DNA from: Clostridia bacterium
GTDB taxonomy: Bacteria; Bacillota; Clostridia; TANB77; CAG-508
Direction of reading: 5' to 3'
Length of the DNA stretch: 64,000 bases
Assembly (NCBI GenBank): GCA_900759015.1
Contig: CAAEUE010000003.1
Location: 7,122 to 71,121, forward strand
Shown here: piece after piece, positions 57,231-64,000 of the stretch
Layout: each line of letters opens with the position of its first letter
Numbering within the stretch: position 1 is the first letter of the stretch
The notes under the pieces: generated by a model
What the model was told of the DNA's origin: nothing
Seen by the model: only the letters and a program-made list of their open reading frames with translations
The model's database searches: none
Made by a program: the position numbers and the translations under genes

Positions 57231-57812
57231 TTATTGTACTTTTACAACTTTTTGTAATGCTATTTCTAATGCTTTCATATTTCCACCTATAACTTCTGGT
57301 TTCTTTGCAAATTTGTGTTTAAAAGAACCTTCCATATCTTGTAAGAATTCTTTTTCAGGAATAATTCCTGTTACTTTAACAACTGCAGCAAGCATAGGAG
57401 TATTTGGAAAATACTTTCCTAAAGCTTCGATGGAAACAGTTCTTGCATCTATTGTATATATGTGTCCTTTATATCCTTTTAATAATCTTTTTAGTGTTTC
57501 ACCATCTTTTGTAGTATTAATAATAATTGCTCCAGATTCTTTTAAACCTGCAGTAACATCTACAGAATTTAATAAAGTGTCATCAACAACTACTACATAA
57601 TCTGGATTGTAAATATTACAATGTATTCTAATAGGTGTTGTACTAATTCTGTTATAAGCTGTGATTGGTGCGCCCATTCTTTCAGCTCCGTATTCAGGAA
57701 ATCCTTGTATATATTTTCCTGTATTAAATGCTGCATCAGCTAATAACAAAGAAGCTGTTTTTGCACCTTGACCACCTCTACCATGCCATCTAATTTCAAT
57801 TAAATCGTTCAT
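57231..57812 (-). CDS. porG: 2-oxoacid:ferredoxin oxidoreductase gamma subunit
   Basis: POR gamma family (WHGRGGQGAKTASLLLA). Confidence 0.75.
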   Translation of the reverse strand: MNDLIEIRWHGRGGQGAKTASLLLADAAFNTGKYIQGFPEYGAERMGAPITAYNRISTTPIRIHCNIYNPDYVVVVDDTLLNSVDVTAGLKESGAIIINTTKDGETLKRLLKGYKGHIYTIDARTVSIEALGKYFPNTPMLAAVVKVTGIIPEKEFLQDMEGSFKHKFAKKPEVIGGNMKALEIALQKVVKVQ

Positions 57813-58015
57813 TGGTTTGAAATTACCTCCTTTTAAGTAAATTTACGTATAAATATACACTTAAAGTATATTCTTAAAAGCCGTAAGTGTCAAGGCAATT
57901 TGTTAGAATAAATGGTCATAAAAAAATAAAAAACTTAAGTAGACATAATCTATGAAAAGTGATATACTATAAAGGCTGGAAGCAAGTTGAAAAAAAGAAG
58001 AGGAGGAATTTTTGA

Positions 58016-59662
58016 ATGATTATTCGGAAAAAATTAAGACCAAAGGAATTACAAGAGTTTGATTTGTACTTTGGAAATTTAAAGAAACTTGTGGCGAAAG
58101 ATTTTAGAGAGGAGGAATTAAGGGAGTTAAAATTTTCAGCAATGAATTTGAATCGGTTTTATAGGGTAAATCACGATGAACCAACAAGAAAAGATACTGC
58201 TATGATGCTATGGGACAGAGTGCAGCAGATATTCTATAATGAGATGAATGAATTTCAAAGAGAACGAGTTGAGGAATATGAGTTGTTAACAAAAATAGCA
58301 TTAGCCATTTCCGGAAAGACAATTCATATAAAAGATGCATACATGAAATTGGCAAGAAGTCATACGATAGATATAATTCTTGAAGCTTTTAACGACAAAA
58401 CTTTCCTTGAAAACGTATTCATAGAAGTAAAAGCAGAAGCTTATCTGCCAATAATTCGTATGATTGACCTATATGGGGTTAATGATTTTGAGATAACAAA
58501 AGGAACAGATTTGTCAAGAATAATATTGCCAGATCAAATTTTAAGTAAAATAGAAAATATAGCTGGCAGATATGCGGAACAATTAGCAAACCGCATAACT
58601 TATTACATAATTATAATACTTGATATTCTTGACAAGGGCTGGGAGAGTGTACCCTTACTTTGGGTGGTAATGGAAAATAGAATTTTTAGAGAAATGCTGT
58701 TTGACAATATTATGATGAAATTGCCTAAAGAAAGAGTAGCTTTCTGGAAGGAATTAACAATAGATAGTAGGCATTGGCTATATGATTGCGGGTTATTTAG
58801 CGCTTCTAAAATACAAGACATGGAAAAATATGTAATAGACATAAAGACTGAATGTAATGGAAAGCATTTGCAAGATGAAAATTTATATTTTAATCTTGCT
58901 CAAGCAATTATTGTACATGATGAAAATTTACTTGCAATTTATTTCACTCTAACAAAAGAGGAGAAGAATATTGTAAGGAATGAAGCCGTTGTAATGGCAC
59001 GGAAAATAAAAGAAATTTTATTGGAAGTGCTAGAAGATTTTGATGTGAATTATGTGTATAAGAATCCAGTCGCAAATGAAGATATACTAAATGTCATCAG
59101 CTTTTTTTTCCAAATGTTTTATTTTACAAGACCAATTATGGCTAATGAGATGGAAAAGAGAGGTGTAGATAAAGCGGACTGGAAGTTCATAGAGAGCTTA
59201 TTATTATTAAAAATTAAGGAAGATAAAACACCATTTATTACAGATAAAAAGGAGCAAAAACTTAAAGAAGCTGTTGAGGAAACTTTGTTTGAGATAACAA
59301 TTAATGATATAAAGCAACTAGACTCAAAAGTTAAAACAGCCAAAAATAAAATGGAAGCTCTGAACGCATTACTAGGGTATGCATCTATACAAAAAGAAAA
59401 ACATAGTTCTCCGGAATTATTAAAAGAAGTAACAGAAACTTCGATGAAGACTTATAAGGAAGGCATCAGAAGAGAAGTAATGCAATTCTCTCTCAATAAT
59501 CTTTCAACAAAAAATGCTGATTTGGATAAATCTCTAAAGGTGCTAGAGGCCTTAGATAATGGTTTTATAAGCAAAGCAGAATTTTCCAAGGCACAGCAAA
59601 AAATGGGAGTAAAAGAGAAATATATAGAAATGTTTTTTTACTTTTATTTGCCATATTTCTAA
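58016..59662 (+). CDS. unknown-function cytoplasmic protein (548 aa); locally higher GC than its neighbours
   Basis: GGAGGA RBS; no recognisable motifs; sits where minC is expected, upstream of minD. Confidence 0.5.
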   Translation: MIIRKKLRPKELQEFDLYFGNLKKLVAKDFREEELRELKFSAMNLNRFYRVNHDEPTRKDTAMMLWDRVQQIFYNEMNEFQRERVEEYELLTKIALAISGKTIHIKDAYMKLARSHTIDIILEAFNDKTFLENVFIEVKAEAYLPIIRMIDLYGVNDFEITKGTDLSRIILPDQILSKIENIAGRYAEQLANRITYYIIIILDILDKGWESVPLLWVVMENRIFREMLFDNIMMKLPKERVAFWKELTIDSRHWLYDCGLFSASKIQDMEKYVIDIKTECNGKHLQDENLYFNLAQAIIVHDENLLAIYFTLTKEEKNIVRNEAVVMARKIKEILLEVLEDFDVNYVYKNPVANEDILNVISFFFQMFYFTRPIMANEMEKRGVDKADWKFIESLLLLKIKEDKTPFITDKKEQKLKEAVEETLFEITINDIKQLDSKVKTAKNKMEALNALLGYASIQKEKHSSPELLKEVTETSMKTYKEGIRREVMQFSLNNLSTKNADLDKSLKVLEALDNGFISKAEFSKAQQKMGVKEKYIEMFFYFYLPYF

Positions 59663-59671
59663 AATTTACAA

Positions 59672-59701
59672 AAAGGAGCAGGATAGTATCCTGCTCTTTT
59701 T
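59672..59701 (+). terminator. rho-independent terminator (GGAGCAGGA-TAGTA-TCCTGCTC + T-run)
   Basis: Perfect 9-bp GC-rich stem followed by TTTTT. Confidence 0.65.
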
Positions 59702-59762
59702 CCTTTCTAAAAATATAGAGTAAAAAAACGTATAAATCTTACGCAAATAAGCTTTCTAAGAT

Positions 59763-59791
59763 TGACTTTTTATACTTTTTCATATATTATA
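59763..59791 (+). promoter_or_regulatory. putative sigma-A promoter for minDE (TTGACT-16/17-TATTAT)
   Basis: TTGACT at 59763-59768 with an AT-rich -10 at about 59785-59791. Confidence 0.35.
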
Positions 59792-59851
59792 GTAATGTCA
59801 AATTTTATGTATAAATGAGATATGAAAGCACTAGCTTAAGGAGGAAGATTT

Positions 59852-60646
59852 ATGGGAGAAGTAATAGTTATAACATCTGGTAAAGGAGGAGTAGGAAAAA
59901 CAACTACAACAGCTAACTTAGGTTCTGCCCTAGCATTAGAAGGAAAAAAAGTAGTATTAGTAGATACAGATATTGGACTTCGTAACTTGGATGTCGTAAT
60001 GGGACTAGAAAATAGAATTGTTTACGATATCGTAGATGTTGTAGAAGAAAAATGTAAATTAAGACAAGCATTAATAAAGGACAAGCGTTTTCAAGAATTA
60101 TTCCTATTACCTGCTGCCCAAACAAGAGATAAAAGTGCAATAACAGAAGAACAAATGAGAGATTTAACAAAACAATTAAAAGAAGAATTTGACTATATTT
60201 TAATAGACTGTCCAGCAGGAATAGAGCAAGGTTTTAAAAATGCAATCGTAGGGGCAGATAAGGCAATAGTTGTAACAATGCCAGAAATTTCAGCTATAAG
60301 GGATGCTGATAGAATAATAGGATTATTAGAATCATCTGACATAAAAAATCCACAATTAATTATAAATAAATTAAGACCAGAAATGGTTAGAAAAGGTAAA
60401 ATGATGGATGTTGATGATATAGTAGATTTATTATCAATAGAACTTTTAGGAGTAGTACCAGATGACGAATATGTAATTACTCAAACAAATAAAGGGGAAC
60501 CTGTTATATCTAACAGAAAAGCGCCTTCAGGTAAAGCATATATGGAAACTGCTAAGCGTATTCTAGGGGAAGATATAGAAGTAACAATACCAGGAAGAGA
60601 AAAAGGATTCTTGGCAGCTTTAAAAAGATTTTTTAAAAGAAAATAA
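59852..60646 (+). CDS. minD: septum site-determining ATPase MinD
   Basis: Deviant Walker A GKGGVGKTT and C-terminal amphipathic helix (KRFFKRK). Confidence 0.9.
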   Translation: MGEVIVITSGKGGVGKTTTTANLGSALALEGKKVVLVDTDIGLRNLDVVMGLENRIVYDIVDVVEEKCKLRQALIKDKRFQELFLLPAAQTRDKSAITEEQMRDLTKQLKEEFDYILIDCPAGIEQGFKNAIVGADKAIVVTMPEISAIRDADRIIGLLESSDIKNPQLIINKLRPEMVRKGKMMDVDDIVDLLSIELLGVVPDDEYVITQTNKGEPVISNRKAPSGKAYMETAKRILGEDIEVTIPGREKGFLAALKRFFKRK

Positions 60647-60665
60647 ATAGCATTGGAGGTAAAAT

Positions 60666-61469
60666 ATGTTCGAAAATATAGTAGGTTTCTTCAAAAAGTT
60701 ATTAAAAAAAGAAGAGGAAGAAGAAAACAATAAAGATATGGCAAAAGAAAGATTACATCTAGTTTTAATGCAAGATAGAGCTAATGTTTCAGCAGACTTT
60801 TTAGAAATGATGAAACAAGAAATTATAGATGTAATTAAAAAATATATAGATGTAGATGAAAAAGAAATAGATGTTCATTTAACAAGTAAGACAAATGAAG
60901 ATGGTACATCTTCAGCTCCAGCGTTATATGCGAATATTCCAATTGTTAGTATTAAACATACTGGGGAAATGGATGAGGAAGTAGTAGAAAAAGTTCAAGA
61001 ACAAGAAATAGAAGAGAAAAAAGATAATAAGCAAGATGCTCAAAATACAAAAACAGATAAAGAAACAGCTAATAAAACAGAAATCAAAAAGGAAGAAAAT
61101 AAGGAAGAAACTACAGTAGAAGCTAAAAAAGAAGAAGTAAAGGTAGAAGAAATTAAAATAGAAAAACAAAATGAAGAAACGAAAGAAATTCAAAAAAATG
61201 AAAAAGTAAAAATAGAAGTAGAAAATACAAATAATATAGAAGCCAGTACTGTAAATGAAGATTCTAAAACAGATACTGATACAAAAAATGACGTAACAGG
61301 AAATAAGAAAATAGAAGAAAAAGAGAATTCACAAAGTAAAAATAAAGTAAGTACAAACAATGTAAAAAATGAAAACAATAATTTAACAACAAATTCACAA
61401 GTAAAACAAGAACCTGTGATACATAATAATAGAAAAAGAAGAAATAAGAAAAGAAAAGGTAGAAGATAA
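60666..61469 (+). CDS. minE: MinE topological specificity factor with ~170-aa K/E-rich low-complexity C-terminal extension
   Basis: N-terminal ~95 aa match MinE (KERLHLVLMQDRANVSADFLEMMKQEIIDVIKKYIDVDEKEIDVHL); remainder is KEE/EIKK repeats. Confidence 0.65.
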   Translation: MFENIVGFFKKLLKKEEEEENNKDMAKERLHLVLMQDRANVSADFLEMMKQEIIDVIKKYIDVDEKEIDVHLTSKTNEDGTSSAPALYANIPIVSIKHTGEMDEEVVEKVQEQEIEEKKDNKQDAQNTKTDKETANKTEIKKEENKEETTVEAKKEEVKVEEIKIEKQNEETKEIQKNEKVKIEVENTNNIEASTVNEDSKTDTDTKNDVTGNKKIEEKENSQSKNKVSTNNVKNENNNLTTNSQVKQEPVIHNNRKRRNKKRKGRR

Positions 61470-61511
61470 GGGATGTATAACTAATAAAAATAAATACGTA
61501 AAGGATGAAAA

Positions 61512-62618
61512 ATGAAGAAGAAAATTTTAAAAAATATAGACTGGGGAATTTTTATATGTTGTATTATTCTATCAGTTATAGGAATGGTAGCATTATTTTC
61601 TGCAACTTATGATTCAGAAGACACTAGTTTACAAAGACAAATAATATGGTTTGTTATCTGCATACCTATAGTTTTCATAATAATATTTATAGATTATGAA
61701 GCTATTGCAAAAATATCACCTATCCTCTATGGAATAGTTCTGCTACTATTAATTGGCGTTTTATTTACAGATTCAGTAAATGGAGCTACAAGCTGGTTTA
61801 ATTTTGGTATATTTTCTTTTCAACCGGCTGAATTTGCAAAAATAGCAGTAATATTATTTCTTGCACTGGTATTGTGTAAGATACAAGAAAAAGATAAAAA
61901 CGAAATAAATAGACCTACTAAATTGCTAATATCTTTAGCAGTAGTAGCTGTACCTGTATTATTAATAATAAAACAACCTGACTACGGTACAGCAGCAGCA
62001 TTTTTAGTTGCAACCGTAATGATTTTATTTACAGCAGGAATAAATAAAAAATATATTATAGGAACTATTTTATTAGTGGTTATAGCAGTTCCATTATTAT
62101 ATTTCTTTGTATTACCAGATCATGCTAAAGACAGAATAGAGGTATTTTTAAATCCAGAGTCAGACCCACGTGGTTCAGGATATAATTTAACACAATCAAA
62201 ACTTGCAATAGGAGCGGGTCAATTAACAGGTATGGGATTGTTAAAAGGTAACCAAACTCAATTAGGTTTTTTATATCCAAAGACAACAGACTTTATTTTC
62301 TCTGTTATTGGAGAAGAAATGGGATTTATAGTTGCAGGTTGTGTAATAATAATATATGTAATACTCATAACCAAAGCGATATATGTGGCAAAAACAGCAA
62401 AGGATGATCTTGGAACATATATTGCAATAGGAATTGCAGGAATATTTTTATTCCATATGGTTGAAAATATAGGAATGACAATGGGCTTATTACCAATAAC
62501 TGGTGTACCATTACCGTTTGTAAGTTATGGAGGAAGTTCATTATTAACTAATTTTATTTTAATAGCATTATTATTAAATATAAGTGGTAGAAGGCAAAAA
62601 GCAATATTTATAGAGTAA
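61512..62618 (+). CDS. rodA: SEDS-family peptidoglycan glycosyltransferase RodA
   Basis: 10-TM FtsW/RodA/SpoVE fold; min-rodA synteny. Confidence 0.75.
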   Translation: MKKKILKNIDWGIFICCIILSVIGMVALFSATYDSEDTSLQRQIIWFVICIPIVFIIIFIDYEAIAKISPILYGIVLLLLIGVLFTDSVNGATSWFNFGIFSFQPAEFAKIAVILFLALVLCKIQEKDKNEINRPTKLLISLAVVAVPVLLIIKQPDYGTAAAFLVATVMILFTAGINKKYIIGTILLVVIAVPLLYFFVLPDHAKDRIEVFLNPESDPRGSGYNLTQSKLAIGAGQLTGMGLLKGNQTQLGFLYPKTTDFIFSVIGEEMGFIVAGCVIIIYVILITKAIYVAKTAKDDLGTYIAIGIAGIFLFHMVENIGMTMGLLPITGVPLPFVSYGGSSLLTNFILIALLLNISGRRQKAIFIE

Positions 62619-62764
62619 TATAAAAGTTGAAAGTATATTGGATGATCCAATTTATAGCTAAATGTATTAAAATCTTTGATTATAATACAAGCTAATGCTT
62701 TCAACTTTTGTAGCTTAAAAAAATAAAGAATATTATTAGAATAAAAATTAAGGAGAGAAAAAAT

Positions 62765-63748
62765 TTGTATTTAAAAAGTATAAAGATTGGAAATTTAGAA
62801 TTAGAAAATAATGTGTTTTTGGCACCTATGGCAGGAATTACTGATAAAGCATTTAGAATTTTATGTAAAGAAATGGGCGTAGGGCTTACTACAACAGAAA
62901 TGGTAAGTGCAAAAGCAATTTATTATCATGATAATAAAACTAAAAAATTATATAATTTAGATGAAGAAAAAAGACCAATTAGTATTCAATTATTTGGTAG
63001 CGATTTAGAGGCAATAAAATATGCAACCCAAGAAGTAGATAAAATTGCTGATATTATAGACTTTAATATGGGATGTCCTGCGCCAAAAATAGTAAAAAAT
63101 GGTGATGGCAGTAACTTATTATTAAATTTGGATTTGATAGAAAAAATAGTTATAGCAATAAGAGAGAATACCGATAAACCAATTACTTTTAAAATAAGAA
63201 AAGGTTGGGATGAAAATAATATTGTAGCAGTTCAAGCAGCACAAATAATAGAAAAAGCAGGTGCTTCTGCAATTACAATTCATGGTAGAACTAGAAAAGA
63301 ATTTTATTCTGGAAAAGCAGATTGGGATATTATAAAAGAAGTGAAAAAAAGTGTTAAAATCCCAGTAATAGGTAATGGAGATATAGTAGATGAAGAAACA
63401 GCAGAAGAAATGTTTAAATATACAAATGTAGATGGAATAATGATAGGAAGAGCTGCTTTTGGAAATCCTTGGATCTTTAGAGAGATAATACATTATTTAA
63501 AAACAGGGAAAAAATTAGAAAAGCCAACTTTAGATGAAAGATATAATACTATGGTAAGACATATAAATATGGAAATAGAAGAAAGAGGAGAAGAAGTAGC
63601 TATAAAAGAAATGAGAAAACAATTAAGTTGGTACATAAAGAATTTAAAAGATGCCAGTCAAATGAGAGATAGGATAAATAAAATTATAGATAAAGATGAA
63701 TTGTTAAATGAAATAAAAACATATTTCGAATATCTACAAAAATATTGA
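62765..63748 (+). CDS. dusB: tRNA-dihydrouridine synthase (DusB-like), TTG start
   Basis: LAPMAGITD and FMN-binding TIM-barrel motifs (IDFNMGCP, ITIHGRTR). Confidence 0.75.
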   Translation: MYLKSIKIGNLELENNVFLAPMAGITDKAFRILCKEMGVGLTTTEMVSAKAIYYHDNKTKKLYNLDEEKRPISIQLFGSDLEAIKYATQEVDKIADIIDFNMGCPAPKIVKNGDGSNLLLNLDLIEKIVIAIRENTDKPITFKIRKGWDENNIVAVQAAQIIEKAGASAITIHGRTRKEFYSGKADWDIIKEVKKSVKIPVIGNGDIVDEETAEEMFKYTNVDGIMIGRAAFGNPWIFREIIHYLKTGKKLEKPTLDERYNTMVRHINMEIEERGEEVAIKEMRKQLSWYIKNLKDASQMRDRINKIIDKDELLNEIKTYFEYLQKY

Positions 63749-63761
63749 ATAAAATTAGAAA

Positions 63762-63790
63762 AAGAATAGTATTTATACTATTCTTTTTTT
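63762..63790 (+). terminator. rho-independent terminator after dusB
   Basis: AAGAATAGTA-TTTA-TACTATTCTT followed by T7. Confidence 0.55.
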
Positions 63791-63824
63791 AATTTTAGAT
63801 TAGTCAACTCATTAGGAGGTTTTT

Positions 63825-64000
63825 ATGAAAAAAAATAAATTAATTATTTTTTTGATTTTTACTATAATAATAATTTCTTTAATAATTTTTTTTGCTGTAA
63901 ATAATAAAAAAATCGAAATTGGGAATAATGATAGTAATCAAATTTTAAATATGAACTCGTATAAAGCAAAAATAGAAGTAACTGTAGTAAGTAATAAAAA
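63825..64000 (+). CDS. N-terminally anchored hypothetical protein; 3' end outside the window
   Basis: AGGAGG RBS, signal-anchor MKKNKLIIFLIFTIIIISLIIFF. Confidence 0.35.
   Translation, partial: MKKNKLIIFLIFTIIIISLIIFFAVNNKKIEIGNNDSNQILNMNSYKAKIEVTVVSNK

Noticed and set aside
62620-62710. Long-range inverted repeat AAAAGTTGAAAG...CTTTCAACTTTT downstream of rodA
   Set aside because: The 60-nt loop is too long for a confident intrinsic terminator; possibly a coincidental AT-rich repeat. Not called.

Overview
This is a low-GC (roughly 25-30% GC) Firmicutes, Clostridium-like chromosomal segment, densely coded on both strands. Housekeeping genes include the 3' part of a gdpP-like gene, scpB, proS, leuS, infC-rpmI-rplT with an L20-type leader, holB-yaaT, a WalRK-like two-component system, lepB, rsmB, a ROK kinase, porGDAB, minD-minE-rodA and dusB. 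Sporulation genes are interleaved: spoIIID, yabG, veg, a LysM/SipL-like protein, yunB and spoVAC/spoVAD/spoVAEb. There is one tRNA (Arg-TCT) and no rRNA or CRISPR. The most striking non-coding content is a dispersed 27-bp palindromic repeat, consensus GGGATTTGGGGACGTTCCTTAAATCCC, with at least 13 full or degenerate copies at gene 3' ends and intergenic sites in both orientations. A 260-aa Y1/HuH transposase (RAYT-like, with a DnaA-domain-IV-like C-terminal HTH) is bracketed by two perfectly inverted copies, the hallmark of a REP-RAYT system. Degenerate copies flank a 2.7-kb opposite-strand insertion that splits the spoVA operon. Other points: a DnaA-box cluster far from any dnaA; a tail-less FtsZ paralogue inside a sporulation cluster; an addB with no addA downstream; a frameshifted sortase B next to an NPHTG substrate and a sigma/anti-sigma pair; two tandemly duplicated small acidic ORFs with a conserved, covarying leader in a GC-rich islet ahead of leuS; a small RelA/SpoT-synthetase-like protein; a 548-aa unknown where minC is expected; and MinE with a long KE-rich tail.
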